Of a stretch of 64,000 bases of DNA, positions 40,875 through 51,146 are shown one piece after another (positions within the stretch are counted from its first letter, which is position 1; every line of letters begins with the position of its first letter). This DNA is from a virus. The stretch spans positions 28,174 through 92,173 of IMG/VR virus record IMGVR_UViG_3300023117_000010; one strand, 5' to 3'. The notes below the pieces were generated by a model that was not told the DNA's origin, did no database searches, and saw only the letters and a list, made by a program, of their open reading frames with translations. A program made the position numbers and the translations under genes.

Positions 40875-41410
40875 TATCCGAATACCTCTTTGTTAAGTTT
40901 GACTAAGAGGGCTAAATCATCCCCTCCTACATTAAGATTCGTGCCAACAACAAATGTTCCATCTGTTGTTAATTCAGCAGAACCTGAACGATATAATTTT
41001 GTATCTTCTGTCGCAGAACCTGAACCCCACTCAACCGTACCACCAGCATCAATTGTTAAACGAGGATTACTATCATCATCGTCTTTTATCTGGAAATTAT
41101 TATCATCAAGAGCAGTTCCTTGAAGTAATGATTGTTGTGGATGATCTACATAATAACGAGAAGTTGCAGTTCCAAAAGAAGAAGATATTTCTATATCATA
41201 TACACCAATTGTGAGCCAACCATCAAACGATCCGTCAGCATTAGAAATAAGTGGTTGAGTGACTGTGCCCGAACCAGTTTCAGCATCATAAACAGTCGCT
41301 ACGCTAGCGCCGGGGACGGTGGTAATGTTTGCAGTGGCCCCCTCAATAGCGTTACCATTTAAATCTAATACTTTTCTAGTTATTGGTGTTCTTAAAGAAT
41401 CGTAACTCAT
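40874..41410 (-). CDS. virion structural protein with Ig/Cna-B-like N-terminal domain
   Basis: D.NGNAIEGAT, QPL.SNADG.F, G.YDI. Confidence 0.6.
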   Translation of the reverse strand: MSYDSLRTPITRKVLDLNGNAIEGATANITTVPGASVATVYDAETGSGTVTQPLISNADGSFDGWLTIGVYDIEISSSFGTATSRYYVDHPQQSLLQGTALDDNNFQIKDDDDSNPRLTIDAGGTVEWGSGSATEDTKLYRSGSAELTTDGTFVVGTNLNVGGDDLALLVKLNKEVFG

Positions 41411-41414
41411 ATTT

Positions 41415-41966
41415 TTAACTCAATGTAATATTGATAGTAATTTCCCAAGTTTCGCCAACTTGCTTTGTCCCGATGTAATCAACTTTTCTATTCAATACAC
41501 GACTTGTTGCAACTGTTCCATTTAATATTCCCCACTCATTCCAAGGAAACACGGCAGCGGCACTTCCAAAAGAACTTCTAAAAGATATCGTTGAATTAGC
41601 AGAACCCGTTCCGTCTGAATGAAGTGGATACCCTGTTTCCATCGTACCATATGCTCTATAGGTGTCTGTTGTTCCTAAAGCCCCAGTGTCTAAATCTGTT
41701 TGATTAGCAGTTGCCGGAAGAATAGATGTTCCAATTCCAATATAGGCATTATTTGCATCAAAGTATGATAAAGCAGAACCTCCACCACTAATTCCATTTC
41801 CTAGCATGAATTCCCACATAGCAGATGCTCCACCGTGTAGCAATAGATTTCCTTGTCTTTTAACAGTTTCATAAGGTTCTATTAATTGTTTTTTAACTAT
41901 CTCAATAGAATCTGCTTTATATTTATTAACTTCCCAATTAACTTTCCACTTAAAAGAATCTGACAT
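41415..41966 (-). CDS. virion structural protein (paralog of 36924-37496)
   Basis: shared motifs with the paralog. Confidence 0.7.
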   Translation of the reverse strand: MSDSFKWKVNWEVNKYKADSIEIVKKQLIEPYETVKRQGNLLLHGGASAMWEFMLGNGISGGGSALSYFDANNAYIGIGTSILPATANQTDLDTGALGTTDTYRAYGTMETGYPLHSDGTGSANSTISFRSSFGSAAAVFPWNEWGILNGTVATSRVLNRKVDYIGTKQVGETWEITINITLS

Positions 41967-41967
41967 T

Positions 41968-42363
41968 TTATTTCCTATAATAAGCAATTATTGAATCGTT
42001 TACACCCGGAGCGGTTGCCATTGTAATAGTAGACGTTCCTAGTGTATAATCTCCAGCCGTTCCTGAAGTCATCAAAAGTCCTCCTACATAAAGTCTTAGA
42101 CTTTCTGGGGGAGTTGGAGTTCCCGCAAGCGTAAAGGTCACATTTACGTTATTTTTAGTTCCTGAAGGAACTTCGTTATCAACAAAAGTAGTTGATGTTG
42201 GTAATGCTGTTGGCACATATGCTGTTCCGTTAAAAATCAACGCTTGACCAGAAGTTGCTGAACCAGCAGATAGGTTAGAAACGCTTAAACCAGCAGTGCC
42301 GATATCTGCATCTTCTATATTTAGAGGGCCTAATCTGCTTTTTGGTACTTTTGAATTACTCAT
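41968..42363 (-). CDS. virion structural protein with small C-terminal beta domain
   Basis: GQALIFNG..YVP; EVPSG..NNVN.TFTL..TP, DYTL, AP..ND.I.AYY. Confidence 0.65.
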   Translation of the reverse strand: MSNSKVPKSRLGPLNIEDADIGTAGLSVSNLSAGSATSGQALIFNGTAYVPTALPTSTTFVDNEVPSGTKNNVNVTFTLAGTPTPPESLRLYVGGLLMTSGTAGDYTLGTSTITMATAPGVNDSIIAYYRK

Positions 42364-43239
42364 TTAAATAATTCTCCATTTGCTTTTTGATGTAGTGTTA
42401 AAATAATTCATCCAATATTGTTCATGTTGTTTTTTAGGACTTACTATATCAAGAACAGGACTTTCTTCTAATGATTGTATATTTTGTGGTGTTTGATTTT
42501 GTGCAGAAAAAGTTTTATTGTATTCTTCTAAGGTTTCTTCTGGAACTTTTAAGAACATTTCAACTATTTGTTGAAGATAAAGACTAGTATTTTTAGAAAA
42601 GTTTGTTTTGAGCCATTCTTGTGGAGTTGAACTTTTTTTAAAATTTTCTACTTCTTTTTCTTGTGCCTGTTCAATTTCTTTTAGCACTTTATAGTATTTA
42701 TTATCAATAAAAGTTTTTTTTGCTTCAATATTTTCCATATAAAATTTATTATATTGATTATTAATATTTAAATATTCGTCGAAAGTTAAGTTTCTATTTT
42801 GATTTTGTAAACGTTCTTGTAGAAGTTGAAGATAATAAAGAGAATCATTAAGTTTTTTATCAGTTTTAAATATTTCTTGTGAAATTCTGTTATAAAACAA
42901 GTCATGAACATATTTTGGTAAATCAATTGAATAAGTATTCATAACTTTTGCAAATTCAAATATCGTATACTTACTGTTTTCTTTCCACCAAAAAAGGCCA
43001 CCGACTGACGCTATGTAGTTGTTTTGTTTTGCTCTTGCAATTCTAGCATTAATTTGTTGATAATTTGGTTGTTCAAACCCATACCAATAGTTGCGCCAAT
43101 TTTCACTTTGCCATAAGTCTTCAGTTGAAAAACCAAATTCGCCATTAGCATGGTTTCTTGTTAGCGCAAATTGTCTAATTATATTTGCACCTTCTTCAAT
43201 TGAAGGCCCAAGTCCCCTTGGCATAGATTTTTTCCACAT
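42364..43239 (-). CDS. hypothetical very AT-rich protein, 291 aa (starts MWKKS, ends KWRII)
   Basis: ORF track. Confidence 0.65.
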   Translation of the reverse strand: MWKKSMPRGLGPSIEEGANIIRQFALTRNHANGEFGFSTEDLWQSENWRNYWYGFEQPNYQQINARIARAKQNNYIASVGGLFWWKENSKYTIFEFAKVMNTYSIDLPKYVHDLFYNRISQEIFKTDKKLNDSLYYLQLLQERLQNQNRNLTFDEYLNINNQYNKFYMENIEAKKTFIDNKYYKVLKEIEQAQEKEVENFKKSSTPQEWLKTNFSKNTSLYLQQIVEMFLKVPEETLEEYNKTFSAQNQTPQNIQSLEESPVLDIVSPKKQHEQYWMNYFNTTSKSKWRII

Positions 43240-43240
43240 A

Positions 43241-43618
43241 TTAATTCATTCCTGTTGGATTTGTTCTTGGAGGTCTACGATCTGGGAAATAACTTGGTCC
43301 TCTAGAGGGTCTAGTCCCTCTAACAACTCTTTTAAAATTAGAAGTAAAACTTTCTGCTTTAATAAGATGAGGTTCAAGTGGTCCCGTTGTATGTAAATCG
43401 TAAGTAACAATAGTAGTTATATCGTCAGAATACATAACTGTTCCGACTTGACCTTCTCGTATCCTAACTTTTTGATTAATTTGAGTATCTGGAGTTGGCC
43501 CGCTTTTACCGGGATTAACTGTAGGATCTGTTGGATGATCCTGTGGACGATACTCAACTACAGTACCCTCAATCTCAACTAAATTTTTAACGTATTCCCC
43601 GCTTTTAAATGCACTCAT
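43241..43618 (-). CDS. hypothetical protein, 125 aa
   Basis: ORF; no SD, ATATAAGA-G-ATG. Confidence 0.65.
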   Translation of the reverse strand: MSAFKSGEYVKNLVEIEGTVVEYRPQDHPTDPTVNPGKSGPTPDTQINQKVRIREGQVGTVMYSDDITTIVTYDLHTTGPLEPHLIKAESFTSNFKRVVRGTRPSRGPSYFPDRRPPRTNPTGMN

Positions 43619-43646
43619 CTCTTATATTAAGTCAAAGTCATACAAT

Positions 43647-43681
43647 AAAAATGAGCCTCACAATGGAGGCTCATTTCTTTT
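43647..43681. terminator. bidirectional intrinsic terminator after the lysis genes
   Basis: AAATGAGCCTC-ACAATG-GAGGCTCATTT with A/T tracts on both sides. Confidence 0.8.
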
Positions 43682-43687
43682 AATTTA

Positions 43688-44059
43688 TTACTGTTCTGGA
43701 GTAATCGGTGGACTAAGATCTGTATCTGAAACTACAGGATCGTCAACAAATACTTCCACATCATTGCCAACATCTGCGGTCAAAGATGCAGGATTTGCAT
43801 AGGCTTCAGCACTAGCAAGTTGCACCTTTGAATTAGCAAAGTATGAACGTGATGCTGCTACAATAGCCTGAGAAAGAGCAGAAACAATACCTGCGATAGT
43901 CGCTAACCAAAAACCGTACTTATCAGATACTTCTGCTGGCAAAGCGCCAGTAAGCGTTGTTAGAAAAGTTGCTACAGAAAGCAAACCAGCAGTTACTGCG
44001 GTAATAATACCAGTAATAGTTACTGGACCCCAACCAACGCTAATGTTTGGTGTGTTCAA
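43688..44059 (-). CDS. holin-like membrane protein
   Basis: two hydrophobic helices; adjacent to endolysin; AGGAGA SD with TTG start. Confidence 0.65.
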   Translation of the reverse strand: MNTPNISVGWGPVTITGIITAVTAGLLSVATFLTTLTGALPAEVSDKYGFWLATIAGIVSALSQAIVAASRSYFANSKVQLASAEAYANPASLTADVGNDVEVFVDDPVVSDTDLSPPITPEQ

Positions 44060-44073
44060 TTTAATCTCCTAAG

Positions 44074-44832
44074 TTAATTAACTTTCTTACTAAAACGACG
44101 CAATCTTCTACCTAAGCGCTTCTCTAGAGATTTTTGCGCCGCATTTCTATACTCTATCTTATTCCAAGGACCGTAATAACGCAAGTCACCTACTCGGATA
44201 AAGTATCTTTTATTTCTTCCCTCTCCACGACTGACTGGAGCGAGAGTTGTTCCACGATAAAGTGGGCTATTTTTAATTTGATTTAGTACCTTATCACGAT
44301 ATTCTTTTTTCTTCCAGCGTGCAATCTTACCATTGACTGTAAGAAGTTTTTGTTGCGCTCCTAAATCTTCTAGCCAATATTTACGACGAACTGGATTTGG
44401 AACATAATCATCTACAGCAGGAGGTACAATAATTGTTGCTCCAGCAATCGGTCTACGACCTGTTGCTACCATATTATTTTTATTACCTTCTATTGTTGAT
44501 ACTGTTCCGTCGCTGTTGTGAGCAGTGATAATAGCAACGTGAGTACCACAATTTACCCACAAAGATCCGGGCGGGATCTTCCCTTTTCCATTCCACTTAT
44601 ATTTTTTACCTTTTTGGCAAATAACAGCAGTAGAAGGGTGATTGATTCCTGCATCATCAACTCCTGCTTCTGAAAACATTGCGTCTGAAAACATTCCGCA
44701 CCAAGGTTCGCCTTTCATGCCCCATCTGGCTTCCCAGCGGTCAATATCTTTTCCACGGTTTGAGCCATAGGGTACTTCTCTGACTCCTAAATATTGAAAT
44801 GCTTTTTTTACTACTTTTTCACCTTTTGTCAT
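44074..44832 (-). CDS. endolysin, CHAP/NlpC-P60-type N-terminal domain with basic C-terminal domain
   Basis: YLGVRE...GSN, PWCGMF, HVAII, TIEGN. Confidence 0.85.
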   Translation of the reverse strand: MTKGEKVVKKAFQYLGVREVPYGSNRGKDIDRWEARWGMKGEPWCGMFSDAMFSEAGVDDAGINHPSTAVICQKGKKYKWNGKGKIPPGSLWVNCGTHVAIITAHNSDGTVSTIEGNKNNMVATGRRPIAGATIIVPPAVDDYVPNPVRRKYWLEDLGAQQKLLTVNGKIARWKKKEYRDKVLNQIKNSPLYRGTTLAPVSRGEGRNKRYFIRVGDLRYYGPWNKIEYRNAAQKSLEKRLGRRLRRFSKKVN

Positions 44833-44841
44833 TTTACACCT

Positions 44842-45198
44842 TTATGGAATCATATAGCCTAGTACTAGTCCTAAGACAGCACCTACTAATGGACCTATCA
44901 TAGCAGCAATAATTGCAACTGTCAAGGTTCTTCTATAATTTCTATCTTCTGTTGTTTCTGTTTTTTCTTCAAACATTTTCTTTTCAGTTTGATTTAGTTG
45001 ATACTTAAGTTGATCAATCTGTAATGCTTGAATTTCATTTTTTATACTTTCGATTTGTTCCCCCAACCCTGAAAACTTTTCATCTAGTGCTATTGTCAAA
45101 CTATCAAACGCATCTCTGCTTTCCTGTCTAAAATCTTCAAATTCTCTATAGTTAACATAAGAAGGTTGACCATTCATTTCGGGAAAACTGCTTGACAT
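44842..45198 (-). CDS. coiled-coil protein with C-terminal transmembrane helix (lysis-associated)
   Basis: heptads then TLTVAIIAAMIGPLVGAVLGLVLG. Confidence 0.6.
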   Translation of the reverse strand: MSSSFPEMNGQPSYVNYREFEDFRQESRDAFDSLTIALDEKFSGLGEQIESIKNEIQALQIDQLKYQLNQTEKKMFEEKTETTEDRNYRRTLTVAIIAAMIGPLVGAVLGLVLGYMIP

Positions 45199-45200
45199 TT

Positions 45201-47183
45201 TTAAATCCTTTTCCATTTATTTTTAATTGACGATCTTCTTTCCCCCTCTTCAAAATTAGGTGGAGCAGGAGATTGTCCTTGCGGCATAGGAGGAAACTCA
45301 GAATTTTGATTTTCTAACTCTAACGGATTACCTGCTTGAGAAACATCTTGTTGAACAACTTGATAGTTTGGAGCATCTGGTTCAAAACTGTAAGTTTGAT
45401 TAGGATCAAACTCTGCTCCAAAATACCCTACTGGTAAGGATCTTGACTCCCAAAACATTGCCATAACGTGAGAACATGGCCGACCTTCAAATTTCTTATA
45501 TTTTCTTGTTCTTCCGTATGCATACTGACCCCATTTACACTCACAGTTCCAATGCGTAATTCTTTGACTGCTAGGGTCTTCTCTATATATTATGCATTCG
45601 TAAATACCATTATCACCCTGTACTACTCCTTCAACTGCATTTTCAGCATTGGTGTTTATTACTACTTGACCGCCATCTTTTAGACGTTTTGCTTTCATTT
45701 CAACGTCGCGCCAAGCGGCTTCTCTTCTAATTTGCTTTGATATTTCAAGAATTGCTGACTCTACATTTGATGAACTTTTATAGAAGTTATTAATAAATGA
45801 AGACAAGTTATCTTTTGTATTCATTTCAGGATTGTCAACAACAATATCCATCAAAGATTTCAGTATTTCTCCCACTTGAGGGCCACTATCAATGCCTAAA
45901 AGTTGCATAACTTCGTTGCCATTAATTGCTAAATCTTTGGGAGTAAAAGCATTTTGTGCTTCATATTCAGCATCAATTAATTGCCTCATTAAATCAGACA
46001 TTTCTCTTGTAGCACTATCATTGCCTTTACCTAAATAATCTGACTCTTTAAGATCAAGTAAATTATGAGCAATTTCGTAAGAACCGGCTTGATTAAGAAA
46101 CTTTCTTGCTCCCTTTGATGAATTAAAAATGGGGAACATATGATTTTGAATTAATTGTTTAATTCTTGCTATTCTGTTTGCAGGATATCTTAATCTTCTT
46201 AAAATATCTTCAGCCATTTGTGCGCCAACAGTTTCATGGTCTTGTCCTTGACCAGAATCATTTTTATAATAGTGACCATTTCCCTCTTCGTCGTACCAAA
46301 CAGAATCTGGTTTGCCAATATCGTGAAACAAAGCCGCGAGTCTCATATCTGTATCATCAGATCTGCGAGCCATATTTTTGACAACTTCCATCAGGTGAGT
46401 CCCTAGATCATAATTATGATGTTTGTTTTTTTGATCGTAACCAAATGTTGTATGAACTTCTGGCAAGAAGTGTTCTAATACTCCGGTTTGTTGACCAATT
46501 TGTATTGCTTGATGAGGATGTTCTCCGCTGAGTATTTTATCTAATTCCATGCCCATAATCTCTGGAGCGATTTTAGCCAAGTACGGGCCATATTTACGCA
46601 TTTGTTCTTTAGTTTTTTCATCTGGTTGTAAACCGTGCTTGCTTATTGCAGTTAATGCTCTAAGCGTTCTTGAAGGATCATCTCTAAAAGAGTTTTCATT
46701 GATAACTCTTAACAATCCCTTTTCAATATCATCAATTCCATTTAAAGGATCTACAATCTCTCCGGTTTGAGCGTTTACGGCAATTGCGTTTGCAGTAAAA
46801 TCTCTTCTTTCTAAATCTCTTTCAATTCGAATAGACGGATCACTTTTAAATTCCCAATCTTTACTTTCTTCTCCAACCTTAGTTTCTATTCTTGGTAAAG
46901 CAATTTCTACTTCTTCGTTTTGATATCTAAACCTATATACTGGAAACTGTTTTCCAGTTTTATTTAATGTTGCATTTGGGAAATTACTTAATACAGACTT
47001 AATTGTATCTTCGTCTACTCTTGCTACCAAATCTATGTCTTTTGGTTTCTTTTGAAGAAGAACATCTCTAACCGCTCCACCAACTACATAAACTTCTCCA
47101 AATGGAGATAATAGTTCAACAACTGTTTTTGCCGCAGGATTATTTCTTACTAATCTTAGTATATATTCACTTAGATTATCCAT
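45201..47183 (-). CDS. cca: class II tRNA nucleotidyltransferase (CCA-adding) + HD domain, fused to a C-terminal SWIM-type zinc domain
   Basis: VVGGAVRD, DID, RRDFTANA, DP..G..D, DDPSR.LR, H...FHDIGK; then CECKW...PCSH. Confidence 0.9.
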   Translation of the reverse strand: MDNLSEYILRLVRNNPAAKTVVELLSPFGEVYVVGGAVRDVLLQKKPKDIDLVARVDEDTIKSVLSNFPNATLNKTGKQFPVYRFRYQNEEVEIALPRIETKVGEESKDWEFKSDPSIRIERDLERRDFTANAIAVNAQTGEIVDPLNGIDDIEKGLLRVINENSFRDDPSRTLRALTAISKHGLQPDEKTKEQMRKYGPYLAKIAPEIMGMELDKILSGEHPHQAIQIGQQTGVLEHFLPEVHTTFGYDQKNKHHNYDLGTHLMEVVKNMARRSDDTDMRLAALFHDIGKPDSVWYDEEGNGHYYKNDSGQGQDHETVGAQMAEDILRRLRYPANRIARIKQLIQNHMFPIFNSSKGARKFLNQAGSYEIAHNLLDLKESDYLGKGNDSATREMSDLMRQLIDAEYEAQNAFTPKDLAINGNEVMQLLGIDSGPQVGEILKSLMDIVVDNPEMNTKDNLSSFINNFYKSSSNVESAILEISKQIRREAAWRDVEMKAKRLKDGGQVVINTNAENAVEGVVQGDNGIYECIIYREDPSSQRITHWNCECKWGQYAYGRTRKYKKFEGRPCSHVMAMFWESRSLPVGYFGAEFDPNQTYSFEPDAPNYQVVQQDVSQAGNPLELENQNSEFPPMPQGQSPAPPNFEEGERRSSIKNKWKRI

Positions 47184-50100
47184 TTAAATTCCTCTTCGCC
47201 TACTTGTATCTGGGGCAAATCCTTCAGAACCCCAACTATCTTCTCCCTTATAAGGTTCTGTAGTCGCTAATAAACCTTCTTGTACCCTTTCCCATCTTTC
47301 GAATTCTTCTGTGCTAGGTTCTGGCGGCATCATATAAAAGTTTATTTGCCCACCAGCAATTCCTCCTGCTCCAGCGTCTGGATTTTCATTCATATAAATA
47401 GTATTTTTTGCATATTCTAATAAATTAATTAATTCATTCATGCTTCTTTCCAAAAATCTAGAATTATATGATCCAAGTTGAAATCTGTCATTGAACATTT
47501 TATTTATTGGATTTACAATTGCATTTAATCCTGTTTCTTTAGCAATGTAGTATACAATATCTCTTAGTTCTCTAAGTTTTGTTTCATACAGACCAGAATC
47601 ATCAACTTCTTTTCGCAGAAGGTCTTGTTGTATCAATTTTCTTTCTTTATCCGAATCACTATCTCCCGGCTGAATTTGTTTTTCTTCAAGTTCTAAAGGA
47701 GGTCCAGTTAATGTATTTTCATTTTGATTAAACCAAATTGTTCTTTGAATAGGAGAGTTTAAATTTCTTTCAAAAAAATTTCTCGTCAATTCTTTTATTT
47801 CTTCAGACAAATTAATTGCATATTGAACATAATTTATTAAATATGTTCTTGATTGATTAATTTCTTCTTTAGGCATTGATTTTGGCTCTATTTGAAATTC
47901 AACGTAAGAATTTTCAAAGTCGTAATTATAGTTCCAACTTCCATATTCACTTTCTAGACTTTTAGAAATTTCTGAATCATCAAACAAATGGTATATATCA
48001 TTTACCGAAGTTGTATAATCAACACTTGAAATTAAATCTTTTAAAACTATTCTAATTCCATTTAAAATTGCAATTTTGTTTTTTTTGTTTTCTTTGTAAA
48101 ACATAGATGTTTGTTTTTGTACATAAAAATCAAAAGCATTTACATAGGTATTAATAATTTTTTCAATTTGTCCTGTAGAAATAGAGGTTAAAATAATATA
48201 TGTTCCAAGTCCTTTTACTGATTCATAAAAATCCCATATTTCATCTGAAATATTATTTTCTTCATCAAAAAGCAAATTTTCGTATTTTTCTACAATAGAA
48301 TTTATAAAATTAAAAACATTTGAATATGACCCGTCAAAAGTATATGGCTCTACTATTCTAACGAGAGCATATCCATAGTCATCTCTTTCTAGTTCCTCTA
48401 CCGGGGTGTCTTCATCTGGATAATAATAATTCATCATATCAAACAAATAAGCGCTCTCGCCATAGTCACCTTCTACCCATTGCCAGAGCGTTTCTAATTC
48501 ATCACCACTAGATATTTCGGGTATATTTGAAAGTCCCCAAAAAACATCTGGTTCCATATGATATTCAGTTGTTTCTATATCTTCTTCTGCAACGGGCAAA
48601 TCGCTCTCATAATAAAGACCACTTCTTTGTCCTTCTGGTTTATCAAACCAATCGTGACCAGCACCATATGCCGCAACTGCTTTGAGTCCTTTTATTTCTT
48701 CTTCATAAGCCCATCGGGGGTAATCAAATGGAAGTGGTATGCTTTTTATTGCCTCTTTGTGTTGTTCGACTGCATCTTCTGTGCTTGATGCGTTATAAAC
48801 ATACTCTTTACCATTTCTTGTTCTGACTATATATTTATTTGGATTTTTGCTTTGTCTTTGAAAACTTTCTTGTCCGAAGAAAGCATTTAAAATCTTTTGT
48901 TCATTTTGTCTTACGGCATGATCCTGACGACCAAACGCTTGTCCCAGAATCACCCCTTCTTTATCTAATTCCAAAGTTGTCCAAGGAACTCCATCCGGGT
49001 CGCGCACAGAATAAACAGTATTAAGATCTTCATCCCTTCTTCTAATATGAGGCTGTTCCCAACTTCCAATACAGTGGTTACATATCCTTCCTTCTAATTC
49101 TAAATCGTCTGTACTTTCAAGTCGGTATACTCCCCAAACTCCCGGTTTTGCTTTTTCGGGATTACCTTTTTTAACTTCAAAAGTAAAAACAGGACTATCT
49201 GATTCGTATGCGACTTCTCCTTCTTTAAATTGTCTTAATAATTCTTTATATTCTTCTCTTTCTTTTGTTTCTGTTTCTATCTGACGAAGAGAAAGGCTTA
49301 GTTCATTAAAACTATCCATTCCTTCTAAATTTGTAGGAAATCTTAAGTCTTTATATTCATTTAAGAGATATTGAAGCCTTATACTGTTCATATATTGAAT
49401 TGCATTTACGGCACCTTCAAATATAGTATTTCTAGCCGGATAGTTAGACCTGTTTTGTACATAGAAATCTAAAACTTCTTCTGGACGCATTTTAAATATT
49501 GATCCGTCTAAAATCATATCTAATATATTTTCAAAATTTTCTACATAGTTTCCATATCTATCGGTTAATAGCATAGAAACTTTATTTAAGGTAGTCAAAA
49601 ACCCAAAATCTAAATGATTATCTTTTTTCATTTCTTTAATTTTTTGATTAAAAAGATTTTCAATTTTTTGCAATTTATTGTTTAATTGATTATTGTCTGA
49701 GTTTTGTAAACTAAACCACCAGCGCCAACTAAAATCTATTTCTTCATCTAAAGAAATATCTGTGTAAAGTAAGCGATCTATTGTCCCAATAAACTCTGAT
49801 TCGGCGCTCCAGTCATATGATTCGCCAAGAAACTCATAGTTTTCACTATTAATAAAATCTCCAACTTTTGTATTTTTACCAAAGTTTCCCGTCCAAAGTT
49901 TTCTAAAATCTTCTTTATAAGATTGTAAATAATCTTTATCTCTATATAAAGGATCAGTTGGTCCACTAAAAAGATACATTCTATATGCATTATTATTGAT
50001 CATCACATCATTTCTTTGTACTGCTTTTTTGTACAAAGAAATAATTCCTCCCCAAAATTTAATGCTTTCTTCCGTTAAAACGCCCATATCAACAATAGAT

Positions 50101-51146
50101 TGTAAACGCTCTTTCCAAACGGGGTATCTTTTATTCCATTTTGATTCTTCACTGATCTGCTTATCAAGGATTTTTTGAGCGATTTGCTTTATCTTGGATT
50201 CTTCACCCTCGTTGCTATTTTTATTAAAACTGAATTTAAAATCTTCACTATCGGTTTTATTTATATTATTATAATATTGAGCAACTGCTTTTAGGTCTTT
50301 TTTGCCAAAGGTGCAGTCGCAAGGATACCCTTTAGAGTTTAGATGTGTTTTTTGACGAAAAGATCTATTATAAAAAGTAGATTCATAATAATAATTTACA
50401 AAATCGTCTTTTGTAAATGCTTCTTTTTGAAAAGCAATTCTTTGTCCAACATTTTTTAGGCGATCAAATGTTCCGTTATTATCTAAAAATTTATAAATAA
50501 CATTACCTTCGCTGTAATCGCCATAGTCAATCTGATCTTCTTTTCTTTTTTGATGCACTTTTTTATACATTGCCTTAGCATCTTCATATTTATGATTATC
50601 AATCAAAGTATTAATTTTGTCAGATACCTGAACCCCCATTAGAATCCAATCAGGCTTTTCTTTTTTAATATCTGTAGTTGGTCTTTTTGGTTTAAGAACC
50701 CATTCGTTTTTTTGAAAATCCCACGCGCTTCTAAGACCGAGAATAAAAAGGTCTTCAATGTCTACACCAATTGGTTGAACAAAATGTTGATATTGGTGTT
50801 TAGTTCTAGGAAAGAAGGTGCCGTCTAAAGATTCAATCACAATAGCAATAAGATCTGCACGATCTTCTTCATCAAACTCGTCGGCGTTACAAACAATAGA
50901 AATGTCTACATCTGATTTTTCCGAATATTGATATGTACAAAGAGAACCTGTTAAATAGAAATCAAAAGCATATGGGTTAAAGTTGTTTTGTCTAAAAACT
51001 TCTCTAACGTGATCTAAGTGATATTCAAAAAAAGCACTTTTGGGAGTCATCCCGTTAAATACATCTTGATCTAAAGTATCGTGAATCGGATCTAGAATGT
51101 TAGACTTTTTATGGATTAAATTCTCTTCCACTTCAATACCTTCCAA
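47184..51146 (-). CDS. giant multidomain protein: N-terminal Pol-beta-type nucleotidyltransferase + central PcfJ-like domain (probable GTG start at 51131)
   Basis: LTGS...Y...SDVDI; YS.GN..YK.L; L..EG....HCIG...YSVRD..G.P..TLE..Q.FG. Confidence 0.7.
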   Translation of the reverse strand: MEGIEVEENLIHKKSNILDPIHDTLDQDVFNGMTPKSAFFEYHLDHVREVFRQNNFNPYAFDFYLTGSLCTYQYSEKSDVDISIVCNADEFDEEDRADLIAIVIESLDGTFFPRTKHQYQHFVQPIGVDIEDLFILGLRSAWDFQKNEWVLKPKRPTTDIKKEKPDWILMGVQVSDKINTLIDNHKYEDAKAMYKKVHQKRKEDQIDYGDYSEGNVIYKFLDNNGTFDRLKNVGQRIAFQKEAFTKDDFVNYYYESTFYNRSFRQKTHLNSKGYPCDCTFGKKDLKAVAQYYNNINKTDSEDFKFSFNKNSNEGEESKIKQIAQKILDKQISEESKWNKRYPVWKERLQSIVDMGVLTEESIKFWGGIISLYKKAVQRNDVMINNNAYRMYLFSGPTDPLYRDKDYLQSYKEDFRKLWTGNFGKNTKVGDFINSENYEFLGESYDWSAESEFIGTIDRLLYTDISLDEEIDFSWRWWFSLQNSDNNQLNNKLQKIENLFNQKIKEMKKDNHLDFGFLTTLNKVSMLLTDRYGNYVENFENILDMILDGSIFKMRPEEVLDFYVQNRSNYPARNTIFEGAVNAIQYMNSIRLQYLLNEYKDLRFPTNLEGMDSFNELSLSLRQIETETKEREEYKELLRQFKEGEVAYESDSPVFTFEVKKGNPEKAKPGVWGVYRLESTDDLELEGRICNHCIGSWEQPHIRRRDEDLNTVYSVRDPDGVPWTTLELDKEGVILGQAFGRQDHAVRQNEQKILNAFFGQESFQRQSKNPNKYIVRTRNGKEYVYNASSTEDAVEQHKEAIKSIPLPFDYPRWAYEEEIKGLKAVAAYGAGHDWFDKPEGQRSGLYYESDLPVAEEDIETTEYHMEPDVFWGLSNIPEISSGDELETLWQWVEGDYGESAYLFDMMNYYYPDEDTPVEELERDDYGYALVRIVEPYTFDGSYSNVFNFINSIVEKYENLLFDEENNISDEIWDFYESVKGLGTYIILTSISTGQIEKIINTYVNAFDFYVQKQTSMFYKENKKNKIAILNGIRIVLKDLISSVDYTTSVNDIYHLFDDSEISKSLESEYGSWNYNYDFENSYVEFQIEPKSMPKEEINQSRTYLINYVQYAINLSEEIKELTRNFFERNLNSPIQRTIWFNQNENTLTGPPLELEEKQIQPGDSDSDKERKLIQQDLLRKEVDDSGLYETKLRELRDIVYYIAKETGLNAIVNPINKMFNDRFQLGSYNSRFLERSMNELINLLEYAKNTIYMNENPDAGAGGIAGGQINFYMMPPEPSTEEFERWERVQEGLLATTEPYKGEDSWGSEGFAPDTSRRRGI

